From assembly GCA_018394315.1 (NCBI GenBank), contig CP074575.1, positions 372,001 to 436,000 of the forward strand: a DNA stretch of 64,000 nucleotides, given 5' to 3'. Shown in pieces: positions 1 to 9,333 of this stretch. Within the stretch, counting starts at the first letter, position 1; each line of letters starts with the position of its first letter. Origin of the DNA: Mycoplasmatota bacterium (GTDB taxonomy: Bacteria > Bacillota_I > Bacilli_A > MAG-NZ). The notes below the pieces were generated by a model, which saw only the letters and a program-made list of their open reading frames with translations, made no database searches and was not told the DNA's origin. Made by a program: the position numbers and the translations under genes.

Positions 1-361
1 GATTACTGATAATGGACCAACACACTTTAGATATTATCAATTTTGGATTGAACATACTTCTATTTTTATTGCGGTATTTTACATGATTTTTGTGCATAAA
101 TACAAGGTTAACTTTAAGTCATTAATTAAAGCTTTCGTAGCCATTGTATTTCTCACATTAATAGCTATATACGTTAACAGTAACATCACTGGAGCCAATT
201 ATCTATTCTTATCAACGACTGAAGCTGGAGATAGCATTTTAAACTTTTTACCAAATAATTTAGGACTTAGATTGTTAGTAATGGGCGGTGTGATATTATT
301 CTTATTCTTCTTATCTTATTTACCATGGTTAATAATTAAAAAGTCAAAGAGAATTGACTAA
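1..361 (+). CDS. Integral membrane protein, YwaF/TMEM164-like family (5'-truncated by window)
   Basis: Frame is open from base 2 (ITDNGPTHFRYYQFWIEH...), followed by hydrophobic helices and a GANYLFL motif typical of the family. Confidence 0.7.
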   Translation, partial: ITDNGPTHFRYYQFWIEHTSIFIAVFYMIFVHKYKVNFKSLIKAFVAIVFLTLIAIYVNSNITGANYLFLSTTEAGDSILNFLPNNLGLRLLVMGGVILFLFFLSYLPWLIIKKSKRID

Positions 362-369
362 CAAATCTT

Positions 370-399
370 AAAAATCTCAATCAACTGATTGAGATTTTA
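370..399. terminator. Bidirectional intrinsic terminator
   Basis: Inverted repeat aaaatctcaatca / tgattgagatttt between two convergent genes. Confidence 0.75.
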
Positions 400-402
400 A
401 CT

Positions 403-1476
403 TTAGAATCTACCTTTTATAACTTCCTCCTCAGTTAAGATTTTAGCGTCAACTAAGGCTCTTTGATAAGAAGTACTTTCTCTTGACATTCTCACAGTTG
501 CTCCTGCAATCCCATCATATGAATTTTGAGCTGATTTAGTAGCACCCGCAGATGCATCGTAATCAACCCCAAAGAAATTATCTTCGTTGATAGCTAATGC
601 CCATCTCTCTACCGACCAATCAACTAACGAAGTCAATTCTGTAGCGTTTTTCCCAATTAAGTACTCTTCGATCGCTTCATAGTTACCCTGCCATCCACCT
701 TTTGAGTGGCGTCCGAGTGTAACTGGTAACTCATTTGGTGTACCATTCGTAAATGTAACACCAGCAGCCTCCATCAATTCTTTCATAGTTGATGTTTCAC
801 TCAAACCTGCAAATACACCAAAATCTATTAAAATATGATTATAGTGACTGATACTTAAGATGTTTTTTCCTGTTAATTCATCCCATGAATTAGGTTTCAT
901 TAAACCTGCACCTGATGTTCTCACAGTAGGGATAAATCCTCCTTCTGTACCATCAACAGTTACATCACCTAATAGGATTGAATAGTCATAATCAGCAGGT
1001 AATTTAATTTCAAACTGATATCTAGTTACTGGTTCTACAATTAATAAAGCAGCGCTTCCATCAGGATCTACTTTCACTGCATATAAAGACATCTTATCAT
1101 GTGTGTCTATATTAAACATAGATGTACCTTTAGCATATTCGCTTCCTGGAGTTGCAGCAGTTGGTGTTATACTTAAATCTGCGCTAATTCTTGCAGTACT
1201 ATCTTGTCTTGTATACCATGATCCTTGTGACGATTTGAAAAATAAAACACTTGCATCAGTGATTATTCCATCATCATCTATTGTGATAATTGTTTGAATT
1301 TTTTGAGATGCTTCTTCTAAGGTAGTTCCTTTAGATTCACCTTTCCAAGACCACCCCATATAAGTACCATCTAAAGATTCAATCGGAATTTCTACAGGTA
1401 CTTCAACCTCCTTAGTACATGCAACTATTGTTAACAACAGTGCAAATGTTGCTAAAAGTGACAAAAATCTTTTCAT
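403..1476 (-). CDS. Lipoprotein, candidate FMN-binding (flavinylated) extracytoplasmic protein
   Basis: Signal peptide with lipobox IVAC; C-terminal DASAGAT and DGIAGAT resemble the DxxSGAT flavinylation motif. Confidence 0.55.
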   Translation of the reverse strand: MKRFLSLLATFALLLTIVACTKEVEVPVEIPIESLDGTYMGWSWKGESKGTTLEEASQKIQTIITIDDDGIITDASVLFFKSSQGSWYTRQDSTARISADLSITPTAATPGSEYAKGTSMFNIDTHDKMSLYAVKVDPDGSAALLIVEPVTRYQFEIKLPADYDYSILLGDVTVDGTEGGFIPTVRTSGAGLMKPNSWDELTGKNILSISHYNHILIDFGVFAGLSETSTMKELMEAAGVTFTNGTPNELPVTLGRHSKGGWQGNYEAIEEYLIGKNATELTSLVDWSVERWALAINEDNFFGVDYDASAGATKSAQNSYDGIAGATVRMSRESTSYQRALVDAKILTEEEVIKGRF

Positions 1477-1577
1477 AAATTCTCTCCTTCTATTTGTGTA
1501 AACTTGGAATATGATATTTTGAAATCATAATGAATAATAAAAAGAAAGATAATATATTAAACTATTTGTAGTAATTG

Positions 1578-1606
1578 AATCTATTTCATATTACACTTCC
1601 TGTCAA
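1578..1606 (-). promoter_or_regulatory. Sigma-A-like promoter of the lipoprotein gene
   Basis: Minus strand TTGACA-N17-TAGATT about 100 bp upstream of the start codon. Confidence 0.5.
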
Positions 1607-1933
1607 TACAAAAAAAGTCAGAAATCACATTATATTTTTTCAGGTTTTGAAAGTATTTATTAGAGAAAAATTTAACATAAAAGTTAATACAATTACAATC
1701 TAAAAGTAATAATCTTTAAAAATTTTACTGTTCTTTCTTCCTTTTTAATCTTGGGTACATAGAGTAATTCCAAAGGAATAAAACAATCATCAATTTAAAG
1801 CATATTTGTTTTAGTAAAACATATTAAAAGATAATAGACAATTGTGGAAAAGAATCGAAGTAAGCTGAAATTTGATTAAGTTATACGTGTACAAACAAAT
1901 ACATTCTAATGCAAATCGTTTCTCTCAAGAAAA

Positions 1934-2668
1934 ATCATAACTACCAGTTGAACTGGTAGTTTGCTCAGCGCCTATAAGGCTTGATGCTGGCTATGTCTCA
2001 AGACATTCTGAAGATCTGCCATCCGCATCCCTCTTCTAACTTGCTCCTAAAAGGAGCTTTTTTATTTGTTTACTTTATCTTCTCACCCGTGAACGGGTCT
2101 ATGAATTCCTTCATACTCATCTGATCTTGTATTTTGTCTTCTTGTATCTGATTCTTTATATATTTTTGTATCACTATCTTATTTCTTCCTACTGTATCTA
2201 CATAGTACCCTCGACACCAAAATTTTCTATTCTCATATTTGTATTGCAAGTTCGCATGTCTGTCAAATATCATCAATGAACTTTTTCCCTTCAAGTATCC
2301 TACAAAGGATGAAACACTCAGTTTTGGTGGTATTGATAATAGCATGTGTACATGGTCAACACATGCATTAGCTTCTATTATTTCAACATTCTTTCTTTCA
2401 CATAGTTTTCTCAGCATTATGCCAATACCACTTTTGATTCTTCCATATATTATCTGTCTTCTGTATTTGGGTGCGAAAATTATGTGATACTTACAATTCC
2501 ATGTTGTGTGTGATAAACTATTACTATCCAAATGGATACCTCCTTGATTTGAATTTGGTTGGCAGACCTAATTCATTCTATCATAGGAGGTTTTCCTTTT
2601 ATTTCTTTTCCTCACCGGCAAAGCCTCTTTGGAACTACTCGCATAGCAAGTGGTTTTCGCCTAACAAT
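1934..2668 (-). mobile_element. IS200/IS605-family element, tnpA only (ends approximate)
   Basis: Y1 transposase flanked by related subterminal hairpins aactaccagtt-g-aactggtagtt (1939-1961) and aactactcgcatagcaagtggtt (about 2633-2655). Confidence 0.8.
2070..2531 (-). CDS. tnpA: IS200/IS605 Y1 transposase
   Basis: WNCKYHIIFAPKYRR N-terminus, HUH motif DHVHML, FWCRGYY and catalytic YIKNQ. Confidence 0.97.
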   Translation of the reverse strand: MDSNSLSHTTWNCKYHIIFAPKYRRQIIYGRIKSGIGIMLRKLCERKNVEIIEANACVDHVHMLLSIPPKLSVSSFVGYLKGKSSLMIFDRHANLQYKYENRKFWCRGYYVDTVGRNKIVIQKYIKNQIQEDKIQDQMSMKEFIDPFTGEKIK

Positions 2669-2697
2669 AAAAATGAGCTATCATTTCACATGATAAC

Positions 2698-4204
2698 GGC
2701 TGTAAAATTAAGTTTGGGGTAAGAGAGTTATTCTCTTATTTCAAACTTTTTTAATGGATACAAAAAAAGTGCATAATAATCCGATATAATTTAAGCGCTC
2801 AAACCTAATTAGAAAGGAAATTATTATGCACTCAAATTCTATCACATTTAATAATGATATAAAATCTATTTTCAATATCCACGATAAATCTATAGTCCTA
2901 GATAACTATGAAATTATCGATGACTCAATAATCATTCATCTTTCAAGGAATCGCCAATTAGTCAAATGTTCAGTCTGTGGAGAATTAACTGATAAGGTCC
3001 ACGACTATTATATTCGCACTATTAATCATGGTGTTTTCAATAACCGTAAGTGTTTTATTAAATACAAGCAACGTAGATATCGTTGTGATTGTGGTAAGAG
3101 ATTCTCTTTACCTAATCAATTTGTTGAGAAGTACAATAAGATTAGTTCTAACTCTAAATGGAGTATCATTAACGAGGCTATACTTGTTTCTTCTTTCAAA
3201 GACATGGGGAAAAGACTTAATATGTCTTCTACCACTGTAAGAAGAATATTTAATATACATTGTAAACAATCTAGAAAGTCTTTACCTAGAGTATTAAGCA
3301 TTGATGAATTCAAAGGTAATAGTGGTGGATACAAATACAATCTAAGTATTTGTGATCCTTCTAATAGACAAATAATAGATATATTACCTTGTAGATATAA
3401 GGATTACTTACACCACTACTTTAGTACGTTTTCTTCTGAAGAACTAAGTAATGTAGAGGTTATTACTATGGATATGTATCATACTTACCACGATATTTGT
3501 AAGGAATTCTTTCCTAACGCTACTATAGTAATCGATACTTTCCACTTTGTTAGACTAGTTACCAATGCAGCTAATAATGTAAGGATTAGAATTATGAAGA
3601 AGTTTAATCGAATTGATAAGCAATACAAAGTCCTCAAATCTAGATGGAGATTATTTAATACTAAACCAGATTGCATCTCGGATAAATGGATATTTGATAA
3701 AAGGAGTAAGCAATGGACAAGTGATTCATCATTACTTGATTACATGAGAAACATTCATCCAGAGTTAGGTAAGACCAGAGAGTTACTAGAATCGTTTTAT
3801 GAGATTGTTCATAACTCAAGCTATCCTACCGTTTATCATGAGCTCAATAATTGGATCATTGAAGCGAAGAAAACTAACATTGGTGAAGTTAGAGAAGCAG
3901 CATTATCTATAGAAAGGTGGTTACCTGAGATAGTTAATTCGTTTATGATTAATCCTGATACTGAAACTAAATACACCTCAGCCTTTATTGAAGGTAGTAA
4001 TAACTATATCAAAGTGATAAAACGTACTTCATATGGATTTAGATGTTTCAATACTTTTAGAAACAAAATACTTTATCATCACAATAATTCAAGACATATT
4101 ATATCTGCATAGTTATGCACAAAAAAAGGACATAGATTTTTTCAATCTATATCCTTAAACTCTTACTCATTTATTGAGTTTACCCCAATCCTTGACTTAG
4201 AGCC
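2698..4204 (+). mobile_element. Intact ISL3-family insertion sequence with 8-bp target-site duplication
   Basis: Imperfect 25-bp terminal inverted repeats (ggctgtaaaattaagtttggggtaa / ttaccccaatccttgacttagagcc, 18/25) flanked by direct repeat atgataac at 2690-2697 and 4205-4212. Confidence 0.93.
2826..4112 (+). CDS. ISL3-family DDE transposase
   Basis: Zn-finger CSVCG...RYRCDCG, SIDEF, ITMDM, IDTFH and EGSNNYIKVIKRTSYGFR motifs. Confidence 0.96.
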   Translation: MHSNSITFNNDIKSIFNIHDKSIVLDNYEIIDDSIIIHLSRNRQLVKCSVCGELTDKVHDYYIRTINHGVFNNRKCFIKYKQRRYRCDCGKRFSLPNQFVEKYNKISSNSKWSIINEAILVSSFKDMGKRLNMSSTTVRRIFNIHCKQSRKSLPRVLSIDEFKGNSGGYKYNLSICDPSNRQIIDILPCRYKDYLHHYFSTFSSEELSNVEVITMDMYHTYHDICKEFFPNATIVIDTFHFVRLVTNAANNVRIRIMKKFNRIDKQYKVLKSRWRLFNTKPDCISDKWIFDKRSKQWTSDSSLLDYMRNIHPELGKTRELLESFYEIVHNSSYPTVYHELNNWIIEAKKTNIGEVREAALSIERWLPEIVNSFMINPDTETKYTSAFIEGSNNYIKVIKRTSYGFRCFNTFRNKILYHHNNSRHIISA

Positions 4205-4239
4205 ATGATAACTCATTCGACTAGACCTTTTTAGATTAT

Positions 4240-5220
4240 TTACAAATTATCAAAATTATTATATCTTTCTTTTAATTCCATTAATCTGTCTTTACATAAT
4301 AATATTATAATCAAACATTCAATGATATCTATTGTTTCTATATAATCTATATCAAATGAACCTTCTTTCAAAAGATTATCTATAAACTCATTCAAATCAT
4401 TAACTATCTTATCTTCAACACTATAGTTATAAACTTTAAGTGAATGAAGTGAAAAATTTCTTAGCGATAGATGGTCATATTTATTACTCTTAATCGATGT
4501 TACAATTTTTGAATAGGCTATATTTAACGCTGATATCAATCCAGCAATTTGAAAACTTCTACCTTTATTATCAATTAACTTTTTCAAATGCATTTTTGCT
4601 GCAAAATCCAAGATCTCTTGATCGGCTTGAAGAACAAATTCAAATGCATCTGAACTGTCATCATATGCTAATTTATAAACTACATCACAAGAGTATTTAT
4701 TTATAATTCCAATAGCAATATCATTTGATAACATTACTTCTAAACTTTCTTCCCCAACAAATACATTAATCTCATTTTCAGTATCAAGAGCTTTTTGACT
4801 ATTAATCACTAATCTTCCTTGCCTTATGATTGTTTGAGTAATCATAAACAAGACTGATAATAAAAATACGTATATAGTAATGAAGGTGTATAAAAGATGT
4901 AAATTTGTCAATTTGAATATTAATACTAAAAATAACGATATGATAAATGATACAGAAATCTTTCTTATACATTTCTTAAAAGCATGCCAAACTATAACAA
5001 CTATTATTTTAGAGTAAAGATGCCATTTTGGATACTTGCGCTCAATATCCATTAGTTTACTAGAATAAAAGTGTATTAATAAGGTATATAAAAATATTGT
5101 ATTAATTCTTTCATTGTCCTTCATCATGGTATGAGTTTCTCTTAAACTAGTTTTATAGAAGTCATCTACATAAGATGTAAATCGACTATTTATATGCGAT
5201 AATTCAGACGCCAAATACAT
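4240..5220 (-). CDS. Unknown membrane protein, copy A (start moved to ATG 5220)
   Basis: GGAG ribosome site before MYLASEL; 2-3 central hydrophobic segments; no recognised family. Confidence 0.75.
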   Translation of the reverse strand: MYLASELSHINSRFTSYVDDFYKTSLRETHTMMKDNERINTIFLYTLLIHFYSSKLMDIERKYPKWHLYSKIIVVIVWHAFKKCIRKISVSFIISLFLVLIFKLTNLHLLYTFITIYVFLLSVLFMITQTIIRQGRLVINSQKALDTENEINVFVGEESLEVMLSNDIAIGIINKYSCDVVYKLAYDDSSDAFEFVLQADQEILDFAAKMHLKKLIDNKGRSFQIAGLISALNIAYSKIVTSIKSNKYDHLSLRNFSLHSLKVYNYSVEDKIVNDLNEFIDNLLKEGSFDIDYIETIDIIECLIIILLCKDRLMELKERYNNFDNL

Positions 5221-6505
5221 TATTACTCCATATTTGTTCTTCAAAACGATTAAACTCTCTAGGTTTTCCATACCAAAAACCTTGAACTAAATTTAAGTCA
5301 TATTTAATAAGCGCGTGTAATTCATCTACCTTTTCAATTTTTGTAACAATAACTTGTACTCCTTTAGATACAAGAAATTCTATAAACTTTGAAAATTCTG
5401 GTTTCTTGTAATGGTCAGTTGTTATTTTTATCATATCATAAGGAAATTTTCCATGGATCTCAATTAACTCATCAAAGCTAAATGAGATATTATCAATGCA
5501 TACCTTAAACCCTATGTCTTGTATTTTTCTTAGGTTAGATATACAGTCATTATCCTTGAATGTTACCATATTAATATGTATTAGAATATTGTTGACTGGA
5601 ACTTGTTTATATCTTCGAATCAAGTTATCGAGCCTTTTCACAAATGAATCACTCAATGATTCTTTTGCAACCTTGATTCCTATAATAAAATTTTCATCAA
5701 CTAAATTCTTATTGAGTAATTTTAAATAATTTTTGAGTGCATCCTCAGCTATACCAAAGTCTACATTTGAAATTAGGTTTCTTTTAATAGCTAATGGTAT
5801 AAACACATTAGGATTTAAAACTTTGTCCTTGTTTTTCCACCTTGCAAGTGTTTCAAAACCTACGATTTTGACCTTTTTAGTATCGTATATACATAAATAA
5901 TGGGATATTATCTTATTTGAATCATCAATTCCATAACTTTTTTCTACGTTATTTGGGTTATCCAAATTTATTAAATTATAATTAGTGTTCCGATTTTTAG
6001 CTATATGACAACTACTAATAACTATGTCTAGTAAATCTTCTGAATTTGTTGGCAGTGACTTACTTATTACTGCACCTATATGAAACTTAAGCTTGATCTT
6101 TCTATTATCAATCTTAATATTTTTGTTTAAGTTATTTATTAATCTATCAGCTAACTGATGATGATTTGATTTTTTTTCTCTATTTACTAATACGAATTTT
6201 TCATCAGAAAAGCAAAATAAACTAAACATATATTCTTTAGAGTACTTCTTCAAAATAGAGATTAACTTACCTCTTATAATGCTTTCTTCCTTATCCGTGT
6301 ATACATTTTCTTTTAATTCGCTCATCTCTATATATAATACAAATCCAACATTATTTTTCTTCAAATGCCTATAAAATGAAAACCTACTTAGAATAGAATA
6401 TCTTCTGTTATATAGAATAGATTTTTGTAAAGTAATTTTTGTAAGAAAATAAAAAACAATCGGAGTTATTATTATTAAAATAAAAAATATATATTCCTTT
6501 GACAT
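5204..6505 (-). CDS. Membrane-anchored degenerate GGDEF-EAL domain protein, copy A
   Basis: N-terminal TM helix; GGDEF-like region with SDEKF; EAL-domain landmarks GFETLARW, PNVFIPLA, DMIKI, VQGFWYGKP. Confidence 0.85.
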   Translation of the reverse strand: MSKEYIFFILIIITPIVFYFLTKITLQKSILYNRRYSILSRFSFYRHLKKNNVGFVLYIEMSELKENVYTDKEESIIRGKLISILKKYSKEYMFSLFCFSDEKFVLVNREKKSNHHQLADRLINNLNKNIKIDNRKIKLKFHIGAVISKSLPTNSEDLLDIVISSCHIAKNRNTNYNLINLDNPNNVEKSYGIDDSNKIISHYLCIYDTKKVKIVGFETLARWKNKDKVLNPNVFIPLAIKRNLISNVDFGIAEDALKNYLKLLNKNLVDENFIIGIKVAKESLSDSFVKRLDNLIRRYKQVPVNNILIHINMVTFKDNDCISNLRKIQDIGFKVCIDNISFSFDELIEIHGKFPYDMIKITTDHYKKPEFSKFIEFLVSKGVQVIVTKIEKVDELHALIKYDLNLVQGFWYGKPREFNRFEEQIWSNNVFGV

Positions 6506-6538
6506 TTAATCACATCCAGTCATTTTAACTTTAGAAAT

Positions 6539-6572
6539 AAAATCCATCCTAGAATTCTAGAAATGGATTTTT
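6539..6572 (-). terminator. Terminator-like hairpin between mreB pair and GGDEF-EAL gene, copy A
   Basis: Stem aaaatccat...atggatttt enclosing ctagaattctag; same hairpin at 11633-11667. Confidence 0.55.
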
Positions 6573-6580
6573 TCAGACAA

Positions 6581-7606
6581 TTAATCTAAAGGTTTTACTA
6601 AGTAACTACCTTTATTTTTCAATAATACTTTAGTACCTTCACAAATTGCAGTCAATGCGTTACTAGTTATTTTAACATCAACTTGTAATCTATTTGACAA
6701 GAAATCAGCGATACCATGAATTAACGCTCCACCACCATTAACAATAATTCCATCATTGATAATATCAGCTGCTAACTCTGGAGGAGTTTGCTGTAATACT
6801 CTTTGAACTGTATTTACAATTTCCTCGAAAGCTTCTATTAAAACATCTCTAATCTCTTTTTGAGTAATTTCGATTTCTTTTGGTAAACCAGTTAATAAAT
6901 CTCTACCTGCGATCTTCATCGTTTCAGATGCGCCAGATAACGCTTCATCTAAAGTACCAATTTCTTTTTTGATTTTTTCAGCTGAAATCGAACCGATAAG
7001 TACTTGATGAGTAAACTGAATATGTTTAATAATCGCTTCATCAAAGAATGTTCCTGCGACACGAATCGATTCAGAATTTACTATATCACCAAGTGATAAC
7101 ACACCGATATCTGTTGATCCTCCACCGATATCAATAACCATAGCTCCCTGAGGTTTGAAAATATCTGCGCCTGCCCCGATTGCTCCAGCTTTGACTTCTT
7201 CTTCAATAAAACATTCACCAATACCTAGGTCTGAAGCTAGTTCAATTAAAGAATCTCTCTCTATTTGAGTTACTTCTGAAGGGCAGCTTAATAGAAGAGT
7301 TGATGCCGAAAGATCATAAGAATCTTTATCTATCTTCTGTAGTACATACTCAATCAAAGTTCCTGCAGATCTAATGTCTGATATTACACCTAGGTGTAAA
7401 GGCTTAGAAATAGTAATTCTATCATGAGTTTTACCAACCATTTTTGCCGCTTCTTTACCAACAGCTATAGTTTCACCAGTTTCATTATCGTACGCAACTA
7501 CAGATGGTTCATTAAATACAACACCTTTCCCCGCTACATACACTAGAGTATTAACTGTACCCAGATCAACACCTATACTTAATCCTTTTTTCTTTTTAGT
7601 TTCCAT
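6581..7606 (-). CDS. mreB: MreB-family actin-like protein (paralog 2, copy A)
   Basis: GVDLGTVNT phosphate-1, NEPSVVA, DIGGGSTD phosphate-2 and GGGALI adenosine motifs. Confidence 0.95.
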   Translation of the reverse strand: METKKKKGLSIGVDLGTVNTLVYVAGKGVVFNEPSVVAYDNETGETIAVGKEAAKMVGKTHDRITISKPLHLGVISDIRSAGTLIEYVLQKIDKDSYDLSASTLLLSCPSEVTQIERDSLIELASDLGIGECFIEEEVKAGAIGAGADIFKPQGAMVIDIGGGSTDIGVLSLGDIVNSESIRVAGTFFDEAIIKHIQFTHQVLIGSISAEKIKKEIGTLDEALSGASETMKIAGRDLLTGLPKEIEITQKEIRDVLIEAFEEIVNTVQRVLQQTPPELAADIINDGIIVNGGGALIHGIADFLSNRLQVDVKITSNALTAICEGTKVLLKNKGSYLVKPLD

Positions 7607-7620
7607 AATTACCCTCCTTC

Positions 7621-8715
7621 TTATTCAGTATCTGCATCTTTTACAAAGTGCCCTCGTGTTTTAAGTAATACTTTGGTACCTAAAACTACCGAAGTTAACG
7701 GATTACTAGAAACTCTAACTTTTAATCCAAGTTTTTCAGTAAAATACTCAGCAGCATGATCTACTAATGAAACACCACCATTTAATAAGATTCCATCATA
7801 ATATATGTCTGAACATAACTCAGGTGGAGTATCTTTAAATGCAGAAATAATTAAGTTTTTAATGTCATTAAAGATAGGTAATAATACTTCAGTTACGTTT
7901 CTTGATGTAATCTCTGTATGTCTTGGTAAACCTGTTAATAAATCTCTACCAGCAACTCGCATTGTAGCTACGTCTTTTTTCTCATTTACAGTTCCTAATT
8001 CAATTTTTATTCTCTCAGCAGTTTTTTGCCCAATCTCAATTTTCAAATGTTGTTTACAATACTTAATAATTTCATGATCAATAAAATTACCAGCCATTCT
8101 TAACGTTTTAGATAATACAACATCACCTAAGTTAAGAATACCAACATCGGTAGATCCACCACCAATATCAACCACCATTGTACCTCGGTCATCATAGATA
8201 TCTACACCAGATCCTACACATCCAGACTTAATTTCTTCCTCAATATAAACTTCTTCTATCCCTAATTGTTGAGGAAGTTGCAATAAAGCTTTTCTTTCGA
8301 TTTGAGTTACCTCTGATGGGCAACACAGTACACTTCTAATCTCAGAGTTGCTTGCATGTAAGTTTACTTTAGAAAACACGAATTTAAGTAAATCTTTAGC
8401 GGCTCTAATATCAGAAATAACACCATCTCTTAAAGGTCTAACTATTTTAATTTTATCATGAGTTTTCCCAGTCATGTTATCTGCCTCAAACCCGGCTGCG
8501 ATTACTTTTCTCGAATCTCTATCGTATGCTACTATAGAAGGTTCATCAAATATGATTCCTTGTCCTTCAACATAGACTAGTAAATTTACCGTTCCGAAGT
8601 CGATACCAACTCCAACTTTTCTGACTTCGATGTTCTCAGGAGTCTCTTCAACTACTTCTTCAATAGTTTCGAAAGATTCAAGAGGTTCTTTTTTAGAATT
8701 TTTATTTTTAATCAC
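7621..8715 (-). CDS. mreB: MreB-family actin-like protein with acidic N-terminal extension (paralog 1, copy A)
   Basis: GIDFGTVN, DEPSIVA, PLRDGVI, DIGGGSTD, GRDLLTGLP, TPPEL motifs. Confidence 0.95.
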   Translation of the reverse strand: MIKNKNSKKEPLESFETIEEVVEETPENIEVRKVGVGIDFGTVNLLVYVEGQGIIFDEPSIVAYDRDSRKVIAAGFEADNMTGKTHDKIKIVRPLRDGVISDIRAAKDLLKFVFSKVNLHASNSEIRSVLCCPSEVTQIERKALLQLPQQLGIEEVYIEEEIKSGCVGSGVDIYDDRGTMVVDIGGGSTDVGILNLGDVVLSKTLRMAGNFIDHEIIKYCKQHLKIEIGQKTAERIKIELGTVNEKKDVATMRVAGRDLLTGLPRHTEITSRNVTEVLLPIFNDIKNLIISAFKDTPPELCSDIYYDGILLNGGVSLVDHAAEYFTEKLGLKVRVSSNPLTSVVLGTKVLLKTRGHFVKDADTE

Positions 8716-8751
8716 ACATATTCTCCTTTCGTCTTGCTCTTTAACATTCTA

Positions 8752-8780
8752 ATTTTATCAAGTTTAAACAAATTTCGCTA
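8752..8780 (-). promoter_or_regulatory. Promoter of module copy A
   Basis: Minus strand TAGCGA-N17-TAAAAT with extended TG; same arrangement upstream of copy B. Confidence 0.55.
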
Positions 8781-8892
8781 TCGAGATTTACTTAATCGAT
8801 GAATACAATTGAATAGTTTATTTGATAAATTAATTAATTATTAAGAACTTTATTAAATAATATTATTTTAATATGGTTAATACCATGTTTTG

Positions 8893-9209
8893 GAAAGAAA
8901 ATTTAGTGACTTATTTATTTAGAGAAGCACCAAATACTATCGAGAATTGGCAACCTGAAATTACTAATTCATTTATAATTAATTCTGAGGCAAATTCTAA
9001 GTATATTAATGATTATATCGAAGCCACAAATAATTATTTTGAGTCACTAAAACGAATGTCATACAGTATTAGAAATTTCAATACATTCTGAAACAAGATT
9101 ATTTACCAGCGGACGATCCACTTACGGTTTGGTTACTAAAAAAAGTATTACTCTAAAATAAGAGCGATACTTAATTATTTGCTTTTGATCCCATCCTTGA
9201 TTCAGAGCC
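8893..9209 (+). pseudogene. Decayed 3' fragment of an ISL3 element including its right inverted repeat
   Basis: REAPNTIENWQPEITNSFIIN...IEATNNYFESLKRMSYSIRNFNTF*NKII aligns with the C-terminus of the 2826-4112 transposase; atcccatccttgattcagagcc (to 9209) matches its right IR. Confidence 0.88.
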
Positions 9210-9256
9210 TCTTTTGTAAATAACGTGATATAAAGGTTTGAAATTTTACAACACAC

Positions 9257-9286
9257 TACTAAATGAAAATACACGTTCATTTAGTA
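9257..9286. terminator. Hairpin downstream of module copy B
   Basis: Inverted repeat tactaaatgaa / ttcatttagta. Confidence 0.45.
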
Positions 9287-9333
9287 AATAACAAACTACT
9301 CAATTATTTCTTGAATTAACTCTCCTTCATTGA

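Larger units (their letters stand above)
4240..8780 (-). repeat. Copy A of duplicated mreB-mreB-GGDEF/EAL-membrane protein module
   Basis: Colinear with 9334-13936; all four ORFs and internal spacers align. Confidence 0.95.

Noticed and set aside
1853..1877. Possible fifth, very decayed tRNA-Ser 3' fragment (aatcgaagtaagctgaaatttga)
   Set aside because: Needs gaps and several mismatches; not distinguishable from chance in AT-rich DNA.
2239..3676. Short ORFs overlapping the two transposases
   Set aside because: Antisense or out-of-frame shadows of real genes without ribosome sites or motifs.
8873..9091. 72-aa ORF as an independent gene
   Set aside because: It is the C-terminal remnant of an ISL3 transposase.
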